A DNA stretch of 64,000 bases from Lingula anatina (GCA_051362555.1 CM120641.1:37082401-37146400); one strand, 5' to 3'. Counted from the stretch's first letter, positions 39,360 through 53,601 are shown. The notes: generated by a model from the sequence alone, not told the origin. Program-made: numbers and translations.

Positions 39360-40966
39360 GTGGGTTGACTTCTTGAAGTCTTCTTGTTTATTTATACTGG
39401 AGTCACTTTAGGTTATTAACAATGAGGATGGCCATGACTGCAAGAAGCTTCATTCCATCTATTATATGTTAAGATCATCAGTTCGACCTTGTCATTATTA
39501 ATTAGAAGCTCTGACAGTGAAAGAAAATTCCCCTGTTCTGTTTTAATTGGAAATATTTTTTTGTAACTTAAAATGTTAATTATTTACATGAATCCTAAAG
39601 ATTTATGACCTGTTCAGGTGAGGAACTGTTTATCTTTAAATCTGTGGTTTTCCACTCTTGAGCCACTATCTCATTTTAATCAGTTTAATTTATTGACAAA
39701 GGTATGTGCCCTGTGACTTATCTCTAGTTTTCATGGTTCTATCACTCATGACTGTCATAACTAACGATGAAAAATTCATCACACAATTTTTACCTGAAAA
39801 AAAAAAATTATTCTTGTATTAAAGGATTTCATACAATAATTCACTATACTTATTACTGTGCTACAATCTTTAAACTGTAAACTTCTGAATCTGTAATTAG
39901 GATGCAGACTTGTATCGATTTGCTGATGTTAAAAATAAAATGTCATCTCTGTCTCTTTTTCTCTGCTCAAACTGCCACAACCCTGCCTAGAGAAAAGAGC
40001 ATAAATTACCATTTAAGGCTTGGTGACAAAACCATAAAAGTTAATTCCATGACAAGAAAAATTATGCATGACCCTTTTGATTGATATTCCTTGGATTATT
40101 ATATGGATTTTCATCATGAAGACTTTGTATGTTATCTTTTCTTTCCTGTGATATGATTTATAACACGTACAGTGAAACATTCAAATCTGCTGTCATAATT
40201 CCTGATAACAGCTTAAATCCTTTTCAAATTACCTGGCAAGTCAAAAAAATTGTGTTGATTCAGAAATCAATTTGGGTGGTAATAATCGAATAAATGACAC
40301 ATATTAATTGGTTCCGTAATGATTTTTAAATCGCTAAATTTTTAAAAGATAAAATAATAGGGAATAGTATGTTATCTGAAGAATTCTATGCCTCCTGATA
40401 AAATATATCACATTTGAGAGCGTGATTCACAGCCTTTTTGAAAACAGGCTGCATGTTTAGTGTCTCTACCACAATCCAACATGGCAATGGGATTTTTAAA
40501 GATCTTTAACTGCAGTGCTTTGAGGCTTGCTAATGTGAAGGTGACATCGTTTAAGAAACAAAAAACATCGGTTTATCCATAACATTTGTTTTTTTACAGG
40601 TGACAGCCTCGTTTCTTCACATAAACAGATTTTGTCGAGCATTAATAATTGTTTAGGATTTCATGGATGATTCAAATACAAGGAATTATGATATATTATT
40701 AATCATTGATTTTGCATTTCTTAGAACATGTAATTGTCAAGAAATGTGGATTTTTTTCTTTGTGGTGCTTAATTGAAATTTTGAAAGTACAGAAAGAATT
40801 GGAATTGACATGATTTGATAATTTTAAGTACACCTCATGTACAGTAATTCAATGTTTAAGGTATGGTGTCATCAAATATTTTCAGAAATTAATTATTTTT
40901 TTTAAATCAGAATTTTTTTAGCTTCTTTGGAATCTGCTAATTCTGTGGATAAAAAATCCCACATAT

Positions 40967-41432
40967 TTGAATCGTATAATGTTTCACATCAGGCACGTTG
41001 CATCTTCGAGAACTCATCTCAGTGACCCCTCTACCACTTCTGTCCTAAATACCCTTGTCTCAATCAGATTGGACTACACTGATTCTCTTTTGTATGGTGT
41101 GTATTGGACATTCAAAATATTGTTGCTCATGTCTTTACCTGAAAACATGAGGACAATCACGTTACATCTATCCTACACTGTTTACCCATAAGAACATGGA
41201 TTCTCTTAAATCCAATTTCATGCCCTCACTGCTTTTTACAATGTTACCTTATCTCCACTTATGCAAGTTGTGCTCTTGTGACCAACTCTTTCTAACATCA
41301 TGCAAGGCCATAACTGTTAAATACTGTGACAATTTATTTGCACAAACACATGAATTGCACTTCCACTTATATTACATAGCATTAATTGCTTCCCTTGAGA
41401 CTTTGAAAAAGGAATTGAAGACATATCCTTAA
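40967..41432 (+). mobile_element. L2/CR1-group LINE 3' remnant (degraded RT C-terminus)
   Basis: FHIRHVASSRTHLS..LVSIRLDYTDSLLYGV resembles the L2 motif FHLRNI..LVTSRLDYCNSLLYGL; ends ..ETLKKELKTY; (TAA)n/(TTA)n tract at 41612-41650 may be the tail. Confidence 0.75.
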
Positions 41433-41799
41433 AGGAAATTTAACAACTGAGATATTATTGCTGTTCTGTTTTTATGAAATTAAGTGTACTTTAATCAGTA
41501 TAAGGAAAGAGCTTACTTCTTACTTGTGATAACAGATATATCAGATTGTTTTTAATGATTTTCTTAATCTTCTTTTTTGAAAGTGTTTTGTACTTATTTG
41601 AATTTTAGACTTATAATAATAATAATAATTATTATTATTATTATTATTATCTTGTTAAATTTTGTAATGAAGAGCACAAAAATTTGATTTTACAACTAAA
41701 ACATCACTTGCTATCACTTACCTTTGAGTTGATTTTGTATGTTCCATGTTTCAACTTGCAGAAAATATATTAGTTGTTCGTCTATATTTCGAATTTTAG

Positions 41800-41937
41800 G
41801 TCCCAGGCCACTCTGCTGTATTTATAAATGAGCCTCGCTTGTCAGATTTCAAGCTTGTCCTACAGAGAGCAGGGATCTCGGCAGAGTTTTCGGCTGGTAT
41901 TCTCTTCTGTTGCAATGGAACAGTAGCTGTGCGCCGA
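41800..41937 (+). CDS. CPSF2: CPSF2 exon (C-terminal domain)
   Basis: ttttag|GTC..CGA|gtaagt; [46 protein letters not shown]. Confidence 0.96.
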
Positions 41938-43518
41938 GTAAGTATGATAAGTCGTGTCAGTACTCTTCATGTAAGTTTAAGTCATGATATTTGAAAATTG
42001 AGACAGAAAAAAATCCACACATTTGCTTGTGGTTTTGGTTCTATAGCCACTTCTCAACTGTACAAACCACTAAAACTGCGTTCAAAGAAAGTATGACCTC
42101 CTTTTAAAATTGACTTAAACCAGTTTGATGTTTTTCAGTTCAGTTATTGTATTAATCCAAATTCTAATGGGGTCAATGATTTGGTCCCTTGAAAACTGTA
42201 ACAAGGATTTGAAGCATTACTACAAACTGTCTGAAAGGAAAGTGAACAGATGGAAGCCGATAAGAATCTCCTTGGTCTGTCTCTTTAAGCTTCAGAATAG
42301 GTTTTAAAACTGTTTCATTTATATATAAAATGATAATCAGAATTGATTGAGTTATTAAATGATTAAGCCAATACACTTTGGCATTGACCAAAAACCCAAT
42401 TAGGTACTAAAATTGATAGCATTATAGGACTTGCCTTTTGGAAGCTAATAATTTAATTGTAATTTGCATCCTTGTGGCTTTGATTGGTTAAAAGGCAGGT
42501 TTCTTTCTAAAGTCAACATGATCCAATTATTATTACGAAAGCCACTGACTTTGTTTTGGAATGCAGCAATACATTGTTGATAAAGTCAGTTGCTGTAAAT
42601 GTTGAAAGGTTCAATAGTTTAAATGTTTACTGAAATGTGTCTGTCTATCTTAAAAATGAACAATGGGAGTGACATTTATGTGTTTAGTGTCTATTTATTT
42701 ACCAGCTTTGTATCATAATCTTTGTTTGGTATCCTGGTGGGTTGACTGCTTATGGATTTTGTTTCAACCTACTAGTACTTCAAATTTCATATGCACGAGT
42801 TCACCAAAGACCATGTATTGGCTTTTGAACATATTCATTAATTTTAGACAAACTTTGTGTGTATTTGCATGGTTGTCTTGTAATTCAGTTCAAAGTGATT
42901 GAATTGAGATAAGTTGATTAATCTGTTTTACATCAATTTTTGATTCATAGCTTTCCAAGTTCAAATTATTTTTGATTGCGTTAGGAGGCATTGTGTTAGG
43001 TGAACTTTTTGGAACATTTGTCTTGATGTGCAATCTGACACAATCATTAGACCCCTTCTTGAAATTCGACAGTTTTCTTTGGCTTTGGGCTGAACAGTCC
43101 ATCAGCTGTGCACACAAATACAGGAGGGAAAAAACAGAGTTAAAAAATAGATAGAAGAAAATAATAGTATCATTCCTGCAAAATTATCACTCTTAATTAA
43201 AATTTATGATGCAATATAAAGATTCAGGGGGTAAATAAAAACCTCTTGGCTGAGAATAAATCATATCATTATGGTCCTTCATGGACTACTTAACTCTACC
43301 TTTAGGGCAGGAGAATTAAAAGCAGACACTGCTACTATTTATCAGCCCTTTGTAGCAACATCAAAAGTTGATGTTAGCTTGTGCTTTTTAAACTAAGAAC
43401 TTCAGACTCCAGAGTGAGTTTGTGTGGTCAATTGTACTAATAAAGCTCAAATGAACAACGTCCCAATAAATGTTGTTTTTGTGTAGTTTTGCTGTTCAGG
43501 CAAACGGAGGAGAAATTA

Positions 43519-43758
43519 CGGCTCATTCCCAGTGAAACTATTGCTCTTCATGGATAGATCCAGTGAGGAGTCTTGCTGAATGCAATTAGCTAGACATGCC
43601 TTCTTAGTGTTGAGTAGAGTACAGAAAAGCTGGTGATTATATGTGTGCATTGGAAACAAGAGGAGGCGTGTTAATCTTTTAATCTGATTGCATTCAGGGA
43701 GAAGTCCAGGGAGTTGGATTGATCTACATAGAACTGTAGTTTCATTGGGAATAAGCCC
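43519..43758. mobile_element. Harbinger-type MITE, family D
   Basis: TIR GGCTCATTCCCAGTGAAACTA / TAGTTTCATTGGGAATAAGCC. Confidence 0.75.
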
Positions 43759-43928
43759 TTCGTAAAACCAAGAAGAGAAGGTCTTTAGGCTTGGTTAAAC
43801 ATTATCATTGTCCTTTGTATAATCAAAATTGGTTAGGGTTTAACTCGTGCATATAACCAGTTCAAACAGGCAGATTATAAACACCCCCTATGTTTATAAT
43901 ATAGATATATATATAATATAATATAATA

Positions 43929-44096
43929 CAGGGGTGGATCCAGAGTTATTTTCTAACAGTCTTCCAATTTATCTTTGTTGATCCATCCTCCATTTTTGAC
44001 CGTCTTCCGACAGAAAAAATTAGATACCCGTCAATGTAAACTTGAAAATCTGACCGTCTTCCGGAAGACCCAGAAGACGTCCTAAATCCGCCCCTG
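43929..44096 (+). mobile_element. family F MITE copy 2
   Basis: TAATA|CAGGGGTGGAT...ATCCGCCCCTG|TAATA; 60 nt upstream of the last CPSF2 exon. Confidence 0.9.
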
Positions 44097-44156
44097 TAAT
44101 AACTTTTTGCCTATTTCAGGAAAAAATGTATCTATATATTTTTCTCTTCTTTTCAG

Positions 44157-44249
44157 AATGAAGCTGGGAGGATTCAACTGGAAGGATGTGTAGGAGCAGA
44201 TTATTTCAAAGTACGAGAACTGTTGTATGAACAGTATGCTATAATCTAA
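44157..44249 (+). CDS. CPSF2: CPSF2 terminal coding exon
   Basis: tttcag|AAT..TAA; NEAGRIQLEGCVGADYFKVRELLYEQYAII* (cf. GRIGLEGC..RDLLYEQYAIV). The 12 exons sum to 1302 nt = 433 aa + stop. Confidence 0.96.
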   Translation, partial: NEAGRIQLEGCVGADYFKVRELLYEQYAII

Positions 44250-44320
44250 ACTGGAATGTAAAACTGTTAGCATTCACAAAGGAATTAGATGACAGAAAAT
44301 TAAATTCAAAGCCCAGGAAA

Positions 44321-44326
44321 AATAAA
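44321..44326 (+). terminator. candidate CPSF2 polyadenylation signal
   Basis: First AATAAA after the stop codon. Common by chance in AT-rich DNA and not validated. Confidence 0.3.
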
Positions 44327-45033
44327 TTTTTATGGTAATGGAGTCAAATTGTGTTGGAGTCACAAGAGGCAAGGTATACCATTCAGGCCTTGAATCGACC
44401 AAGTGATTTTGATTGTTGATACGTTTAGTAAAATGCTTTATTTAGCTAATATGTACTTTTTTGTTGCTAATATGGACTGTTCATATCTGGGTTAAAATAA
44501 TTGCTATCCTTGACTGGGATCTTTACACTTGGATGAAAAGAGATCTTTATACCTGGGTGAAAAGAGAGCATCCGCTAGCCTCCATGCTTGCAGTGGCACA
44601 TGTAGCATGGTTATCTGCCATTTTTATGATTTAATCCAACGTCCAGAAACGTAAATACACGTAAATACAGTAGAACTGTGTCCTACTCTTGTAATACTTG
44701 TGCGAATGAAGTGTAAAAATATACAAAAAAAAGTTCGATGAACACTGCCGCACATGTACTGATGGGAAGCGCTAAGCACACTGATTGTGCATGTGTGGCT
44801 CACATTTCATTTTAACTTCCGTAATATTCGTAATATAAGACGAAGTGGAATACACAATTTTCTAGTATGAGTGGGTTTGTTGAGTTCTTACTTCAGAAGT
44901 TTTTTTTTATTATTATTATTATTTAAAATTACACATTTAATTACATAATCCATACAAAGGACATAATACTATAAATGAGAAGAATGACATTTTTCCCTAT
45001 ACCACGATGTTAACATAGAATCCAAAAGTTATG

Positions 45034-45034
<1 letters not shown>

Positions 45035-45078
<44 letters not shown>
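45035..45078. repeat. (CT)n microsatellite
   Basis: Seen directly. Confidence 0.95.
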
Positions 45079-45082
<4 letters not shown>

Positions 45083-45402
45083 CCGCCTTTTTCAGCATAA
45101 ATTATCCACTGTTGTGCAAATAAAATGAAATCTGTTTTATGTTTTGCTTTAAAATTTACAGGACTGTTCAATATACAGATCAACTTCTAAATCAGCCTTA
45201 TTGGTTTATGTATAATGAAGTTATGTTTTATATATCTGTACGTCCACGATACTGGGTAACAGCAGGGGGTGATCATTTTAGAAAATCTGTCAAAATATTC
45301 CTATGTGTTGGTTTACAATGGGAGTACTTTCATGTGAAAGGGGGTGGATTTGTCTTATTACAACAGACAATATATGTTTCCAAACATTGCTGTGTATTTA
45401 AA

Positions 45403-45738
45403 AGGGATAATAACTCTTCTTATGAGATCTATATTTCGCAGTAAAAACATTGTAAACAACTCATAGAAACGTAATATATTGTTTTACCATAAAAATGGCA
45501 GTTATAGCTATTATTCTGATATCTGAGCTTGTCATCGGACCATGTGACCTCCACAGATGGCAATATTCTGTAATAATCTCTTAAGAGATTATTACAAAAA
45601 AAAACTTTTTAGAAAAAAAAAACAGGGACTAACTTTGAATGTAGAAATGTATTCATTAACCATGCATTGGTAAGTATGGGAAATTTTTTTACTCCGGGAA
45701 AATTCATTTTTTGGCCAAAATGAACAGTCATTATCCCT
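45403..45738. mobile_element. Kolobok/T2-type MITE, family E copy 2
   Basis: Full-length, highly similar to 2818-3155; right TTAA intact. Confidence 0.85.
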
Positions 45739-46391
45739 TTAAACTTTTTAATTCTTAGCTGAAAATGACACTAATAGTCCAGTACCTATGGTGGTTTATT
45801 GTTTCATTACCTTAGAATCATAGGTCCAAACACTTTTCACTGTGCACAAAGATAAACAGTTAAGGAATGCCCATTTTTTTAAAAAAAAGGTACCTGAAGT
45901 CCTTTGCTAGTCAAATCTAAATATCTGTGTTACCTGCAGTACAAAATTAAAAATTGAGTGATTATGCTGTTAAGCATTATGTAATATTGCATCAAAATTG
46001 AACCCTATTTTGGACACTGCCAATACAAGTGCTCTAAAAAGAAAATTTTAATTGCGTATTGTTTTTAACTTGTAAGATTGAATCTTATGATTGAACTACA
46101 GTTCAAATTGGAAAACCAAATTGGATTATTTGTCTTTCTTAAATTTATGGAATTTTTTTTTAAATTTTCATATTTTCTCCGTCTGTTTTTTTTTTCTTTT
46201 TTTTTCAATCACTGGCATTTTCAAGATGTGACTTTTAACTCTCATCCATCTGAAGCCTTGTACCAATAACATTTTCCTGTATTTCCACATAAACAGTGTT
46301 TATGCTGTTAAGTATAATGTAATATTATTTTGTGCACTGTCATCATTATACACATATTGGGATTTTCACTGTTGATTGTGCTGTTAATTAA

Positions 46392-47022
46392 AGCAATAAT
46401 AACTCTTCCTTTGAGATTCAAAATTCCGCATGAAATACATTGTAAACAACGCATGGAAATATATTCTATTGTATTTTACCACTTAAACGGCCGTTATTGT
46501 AGTAAAACTAAAATCTGTGCTTGTCAATAGGGCTTTCGATGCTTTTCTTCCCAGTCATCAAGGCATTCATTGCTAATGACGTAATGGTGTCACGTGGATT
46601 CTCGCGTTCATTCGAGACCAAAATAACATATGGCGCCAAACGCATTAATGCAGACACAGACGTAAGTTGCGAGTTTTTGTACAGTGCGTCGGATAACGAA
46701 AATCCCAGAATGGCACACATTGTGGATATTAATGTATTTTTAACAAAAAGACGAATATATCTCATGAATCTTATATAGTGTTGTTGTTGTCTGCTTTTCC
46801 CGCGGTTTTAAGTAGGTCAACAGTGACTATGCGATGTCAGAGAGAGCTCCGTCAGTTAAAATCTCTTAAGAGATTTTAACAAAAAACCGTACGTTTAGGA
46901 AAAAAACCCTGGATTAACTTTGAATGCAGGAATGGGGTCGCTGACCATTGGTAAGTATGGGAAAATTGCCGTTTACTCCAGGAAAATCCAATTTTTGGCC
47001 AAAATGAAGAGTTATTATGACT
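46392..47022. mobile_element. Kolobok/T2-type MITE, longer family E relative
   Basis: TTAA|AGCAATAATAACTCTTC...GAAGAGTTATTATGACT|TTAA; same right part and palindrome as family E, with an extra CpG-rich interior. Confidence 0.85.
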
Positions 47023-47423
47023 TTAAGCTTTATTCATTATTGCATCGGATTTCACAAAATGACATTTTGTGCATTATTGTTTTATTTTTTGTAAACCCAA
47101 ATTTGTATCAGGTAATATATTGCTGTTGGAAAGTCTTGATTGTCCTTTGTGGATAATTACTAGCTGTAAGATGTGGGTTCTAAACTTACTTGGCTCATTA
47201 ACCATCAAATAGTCATGAAATTTTATAACAGGGCCATAAATAACTTATCCATAGCACTCAACTTTACACAGACTTTCTCAGATATTCTTAATTGCAGCAT
47301 TAGGTAATATTGCATCAGAATTGGCAAAACACAAGCAAATGAAAAAGAAAACTGTTTTACGTATTATTTTCTAAATTGCAGAGGTGCTTTGCAGAACTTA
47401 AAGCCTAAGCAGGCCTATCAGAT

Positions 47424-47591
47424 CAGGGGCGGATTTAGGCCGTCTTCTGGGTCTTCCGGAAGATGGTCAGATTTTCAAGTTTACATTGTCCGTCATCTAA
47501 TGTTTTCTGTCGGAAGACGGTCAAAAATGGAGGACAGATCAACAAAGATAATTTGGAAGACTGTCAGAAAATATCTCTGGATCTGTCCCTG
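47424..47591 (-). mobile_element. family F MITE copy 3 (inverted)
   Basis: CAGAT|CAGGGGCGGAT...ATCTGTCCCTG|CAGAT. Confidence 0.9.
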
Positions 47592-48765
47592 CAGATTAAT
47601 ATTATCATTTTGAAGTTATCAAGTTTTTTGTGATTTTTACATTTTGCCCTGTATGTCTGACTTTCAAGAACATAAAACTTACCCCGCATGTATGACTTTG
47701 GACTCATACGGGTTTGAAGCCCTATGCTAGGTACTTACTCTGCATGTGCTTGTTAACTTTGGTAAAATGTGGTGGTGATAATGCTGTTAAAATTATATAG
47801 TATTGTATTTAAATTGACAAAATACCATTTTTGCACATCAATTTTTCCTGCTTTAGGTCTGTACATCTGACAGCTTTGCTGTCTTATCTAATTTAAACAT
47901 TGCACTTTAACTGATCATAATGTGTAATGTTTTAGTAATTAATGTTTATCAATCACCAAATTTCTCACTTTTGCCTTAAAGTTTGAAAATTTTTCATGGA
48001 GGTATTTATAATACCACTTTGCAACTTAACATTGCAATTTTCAAACCAGTTATAAGCATATGTTATATTCCACAAGTAGCTCTTCTTTGTAACGGAAAAT
48101 ATAAAACACCATACTGAAAAATACATATTTATTAGGTCATACTGAAAAATACAACATATTTATTAGGTCTTGAAAATATTAGTTGCAAAGAACAACGTAC
48201 GTATTGCTCCATGTGATCTAAAATACCACAAAATTGTGCTTCATGCAGGTAAAATATTATTACCAAGTACATGAATATTTCAAATCCATTCTAATGATTT
48301 TGATAAGTAATTTTTATACATGATACATAAAGTGACCTTATGCAAATTTAAAACTTTCCACATTCTGTGTAATACAGAAAAACATGAAAATGAAGAAAAA
48401 AGTTTTCAATGGCACATCTAAAACCTAGTTTCTTGAATTCAAAGTAATTTTCATACTGCTCATACTTTGTTAATTGAGGTTTAAACATCTGATTAATATT
48501 TCTGAAAAACGATCACTGTAAAATAAATTGAAATACATGTGTGAATAACCAAGTTCATGTGATATTGCTCCACCATTATATTACTAGAATTTAAATAACA
48601 GAGAAAAAAAATCTGTATTATCAGTGTATCAGCAAAGTAAAATAACACCTGGAACCTTAACAAAGTCTGTTCAGCATCTTACTGTAGAAGTGCAAAGTTT
48701 CATAAAGCTATGATTACAAAAGGCAGCTTAAACATAATATATTTACTCTTTCACTCAACAACTAA

Positions 48766-48945
48766 ACCCCAACCTAGGGGTCTCTATTTATTCTGTGGAA
48801 AAAATTAAGTAAGATGGAATGAAGCCAAGAAAGCATACACCTTATCTTAAATACAGACCCCAACCTAGGGGTCTCTATTTATTCTGTGGAAAAAATTAAG
48901 TAAGATGGAATGAAGCCAAGAAAGCCTACACCTTATCTTAAATAC
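48766..48945 (+). repeat. near-perfect tandem duplication, 91-bp period
   Basis: ACCCCAACCTAGGGGTCTCTATTTATTCTGTGG...ATCTTAAATAC x2. Confidence 0.9.
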
Positions 48946-49369
48946 CACGGTTATCCATCTTAAGTCAGATTTCAGTAACTGAATGTAAATGCATACAACT
49001 GCAACTTGCAAAACTGATATAACATACTAAATCTTTTTCAACTATTTTTATATATACAACTTGCTACAAAAACAGACATGTAACCACCCTAAAACTAGAG
49101 CTGTATCACAAGGCATCACAACATGCTTTTAAGGCACAATGAGATTCTGGAATGAATGATAAAGAAACATATACAGTGAATTTTGTTTTTCAAAGAAATA
49201 ATAGTGTATCAAAGCTGAAATTAACTTTGTTCTTAAAAAATTCTTTGATTAAAAAATTCTGAGTAAAGAAAACCACTGTGAGGAAACTGAAAGTGTGATT
49301 TACATGTAACCTTAATACAATGAGTGTAACAATATGAAGTGTCTCAGTCTATTAGTGGCCAGTTCCTGG

Positions 49370-52300
49370 CACAGTAGGACACATACTGTCGATGCGGAGT
49401 GATATAACGTCGTTTTCTCGCGCCAGGACGTAACGTCGGGCTCAAATTTTGTAAAAATTTAAACTTGGTCGAAAAATGGCTATATACTTTAAATAAATGC
49501 ATACTTAGCAAGTCTAATACGATATTATGATTGTGGGGTATGTAGACTTCATATTCACGTAGCCTTCTACTGAAATTTTGTCGTTTAGAGTGAGCTTGCG
49601 TTCGTCAAAGTCGCACTGAGCGGTAAAATTTGACCTTGGCAACATCGTAACATTGGCCACTATTCCTCAACTAGAGAGTGTGCGGGAAATTCCGGATAAG
49701 AGATAACGTATCTTTTAATCAATATTGTATGTATAAAAAATCATTAAAATCCATCTTTGGAAAAAATTGTTGCAGAATTTTTTGTACCAAAAATCGTGCA
49801 AAATCCAGGTTTTTGCGTCATCCATGACCCAAGACGGGCCCAACTCGGCGTTTGTTTACATTTGCAGATTACTTTATTTTGGCGATTATCACCGGTTATT
49901 TTGGATATTATTACAGTTTTCAATTGATAGTCAAACAATGCGTGTCAGTTTTATATCTAACTTGTAAATTTAATATTGTTGCACCTTCTTTTTCTATGCC
50001 CTACTACCGGTACATGTACCTTGCATATGTTTCAATGTTACTTATGAAATTATGTAGGTAATTGAACATTTCTGAGTCCAAAACTTAAGTTTAAAATAAA
50101 ACAAAATTGTTTTTCTTTATTTTGCACAGACAAATTCATCGTTTCTTAAATTAATATTTTAAAGGGTTAACAACTGTTTTACTGAGATTCACATTTAAGA
50201 ATAAATAGTGTAAAGAACCCATAGGAATATACAATATATATTCCATTTTACCACCAAAATGGTAGTTTTCACAATTATTTTGGAAACTGTTCTTGCCATC
50301 CAATCACATGGTGGCTGTACTCTATAATAATCTTTTGAAATATTAAAATTAATTAAAAAATTAACAGTACAGACTAATTTTGAATGTCAAAACTGATTCA
50401 GTACCCCGGTAACTATTGGTAAGAAGGGGGAAATTGTCATTTACTCCAGGAGAATCCATTTTGGGCTGATATGAACAGTTACCTCTTTTATATTCAATAA
50501 AAAATAGTGCGTAAAAAAACAACAGGATAAAATTTTATTTTCAAAACAATGGTACAAGTATACATGCACAGGAAGTCCATATGCATGAGCGCTAATAAGA
50601 ATTCACAAAGTGTGTAAAAATGTAAAAAATACATAAATAAAAATTTCCAAAATTAATATAAAATTTCCACTTTCATTGCACTAGGTTAATGACTTTCCCA
50701 TCTTTTTTTTTTTTTTTTTTTTTGCTGAAGAAATATTCATACATGTTCCATCTTCAAATGCATTATCTCAAAATACATTAGCTATCCTTTTAAGACTTGA
50801 AATAAGAGAAAAATATGCTGATCACCAAGGAAAATTTATGTCTTTATTCAAAACAGTTTCATATGCTTGTATTTGATATCTGATATCAAAATATGGGAAT
50901 ACACTGTATGTAACTTGCTTCCTAAAAGGGCTCTACCTGTATTTGTGAACACCAGGCATTATATACTGGATATAAATGGATGTGGACTGTAAATATATTC
51001 AAAATACCTCTTTTACTATTCTGACATTTTTTTTCTTTTTAAATTCTTGTTTGAATGTGAAAAGCAGCCTGGCTCCTGGGAGTCCAATTAGAAAAAATGT
51101 GTCCATAATAACACTTGTTTGCAACACTGCCATCCAATTATCTTAAAGAAATACCACCAAAGTCATATTTCTTTTTAAAAATTCAATTTTTTATGTTTCA
51201 AAAAATGTAAGTGCTGCCAAAGAATACTTTGATAACCAATTTTCACTAAGGGCTTGGTGACAGTTTTTTTTAATATGACTAATAGGAATGCATGATAATG
51301 CTGCAGCATATCATCGTGATCACTTTTCAGGGCACTTCAAAGCCTGGCAGACATTCTTTAATATCTGAAAAAACTGTTCTTCTTTTATCTGGAAAAAAAA
51401 AATCAGAATAAATTCAGAATTTACAATTCCATGCAACTAAAAATAAAAACAATCTGTTTACACCCCTTTTCAATATATAGGTCAATTTAACATAAAAAAA
51501 ATTGACTAACAATGAGAGAGGGTCGGAAGATATGTCCAAGTGGTACTTAACTAACACAAGTCTAGGAACTCACATTATAAAATAATAAATACTGGCTTTA
51601 TCTTTTTTCATACAAAAAAACAGAAAATGGATTATATTTTAAACCTTTATTACTGTTGATCTTAGAACCATATGACATTATCCAATAGATCTACTTCATT
51701 TTAACTTAAGTAAAAAATCTACAACTTCAACAGTAAGCGAGTATGGTGTATATATGTCTCAACTTTCATTTTCATACCTGTACTAGCAAGTCATTGATTT
51801 TGAAATTTTCAATGATTTATAAAATAAACCCTACACTTTCAAATTGACCTTTATACTAAAAATGAGTGTTAACTGATCATGAAAAAAGCTCATAGTACAT
51901 AAATACTTCTACCATTCTACATGTATATCCAAACATCTTTTTCCTTACATCAATGTTAGAAAGTTTTAAAATTTTTATCAGCCTGAAAATAAGACAAGGG
52001 AAATGTTAAATCTTGCCAAATACTCCCCTGATCTATTGCTAATTATTACAAATAAAAGGTGATGTATTCATAATTCAATCAATATATACAACTCTCAAGC
52101 ACATTATCTATGCTTCACATGACAGGTGCTCGCAATGCTACGTTATACAGCTACAGTACACGTACGTACTAATTAAGGCACATATGTCGTTATGTAATAT
52201 TAGTATTCTAAATAACACTAGATCAAAAGTTATTATTAAACTGAACTGTAGTCGGAGTTAGATTACTCTGAATGAGCCTGCGTCGGTCACACGGTGCACA

Positions 52301-53412
52301 TTTTAACAACAAATCTACAAGATACAATGTATAACAAATGTGTTTGATTATGTACAGTATGTAGTGGAGCGAAACTAGCACATTTCTCGTAATAAAAAAC
52401 ATTTATTTATATTTTAAAATCTAAATAATTTGCATACGTACCTGATAATGAGTCTCTGACATGCTATAAATATGTGGGTTCCATATTTCAGCAAGGATAA
52501 AAATCATAACTTGCCGCACAACCTACTTCACCTGTCCCTGCCTCGTGGTAAACTGCGGGGTTTCGTTGGAAAGCACCTCAGTTCACCTCTCGTTTAGTGG
52601 GCGGGATTTCGGTAAATTTACTAAATTTGTATTAAGTTTTTGGTCTTTGATAAAAGAAATGTTTATTCTGTTTCTTAAACTTATATTTGACTTAATATGG
52701 GTCTATAAAGGTGCATTTTAGCACCCAAATCTGTGCGTCACATGATTTGTATCACATGACTTTTTTGAACTTCCACAGTTCAAGGTCAAAAAAATACTGT
52801 CGTAGCAAGTTATGGAACATCATTGCTTTGCGTGAAAATTGAGGTTAGTCAATAACTTTTTTGGATGAATAAACGTAATTTTAAGTTCGGGAAATGAATG
52901 AGATGTGCACTTTTATCGGAGGTGCCTCAGGGGAGAAATTTTGCTCTGTTTTTTCACAACTTTTCGGATTTTCTGTCGAGACTTCTTAACCAGAGAGTGT
53001 GCGGGAAATTCCCTTCAAAATCGAAAACCTGGATATATATTCGACCATTTTATCAATTTTAAGCCAATTTCGTATTTGGAAACAATTTCCTCGCAATATA
53101 GTCCCTCGCTATACAAAAGCATTTTCGGACACGTAAAATTTTCAGTTTTCTTGATTCGGAGAGAAATAATTGTAACTCTGTACACTGCATTGACAAAAGC
53201 TTACAGTTTTTCAATAGACGGATAACTCCTCGTTTAGTCTCTAAAACATGGAAAGTCAATTCACTGTAGTTTTTTCGCAAAGTTTATTTATTTCAGACGT
53301 ACGGATTTTTCATCGCGCCGCTTTTTTGGCGCTATTTCGTGACGCGGATGTACCAAAAAATCCATGACGTTTCAAATCACACCTAAATCCTGACAGTATG
53401 TGTCCTACTGTG
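49370..53412. mobile_element. 4 kb CACAG-terminal non-autonomous DNA transposon (CMC-like?)
   Basis: Perfect 21-bp TIR CACAGTAGGACACATACTGTC; CpG-rich subterminal regions; the flanks join into the empty paralogous site at 63825-63848. Confidence 0.88.
50163..50486. mobile_element. degenerate family E MITE nested in the 4 kb element
   Basis: TTAA|AGGGTTAACAACTG start; shares ..ttttaccac..attggtaag..tttactccagg.. with family E. Confidence 0.7.
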
Positions 53413-53601
53413 GCAGAGACTGCTCATATCACAGTAGCTTCCATTTTCACAAAATTGCTTTCACATAGGCTTTGAACATCATGGCTCCATTGCATTGACA
53501 TGGCCTGCAATTTTAATTCCCAATTCACCCCCATCTAATATGATATCAAACTAGGGGATCAGAAAGGCAATACCGCCTCTGGATATTGTACCACCATCTT
53601 A

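Noticed and set aside
44120-44156. Alternative acceptor 37 nt upstream of the last CPSF2 exon
   Set aside because: Would frameshift away the conserved C-terminus; no evidence of use.
49370-49410. RSS/ProtoRAG-like terminus (CACAGTA resembles the heptamer CACAGTG)
   Set aside because: No nonamer at 12/23 spacing, no 5-bp TSD and no RAG1/2-like ORF.
52905-53280. ORFs near the right end of the 4 kb element as a transposase
   Set aside because: Short, no DDE or zinc-finger motifs; subterminal sequence.
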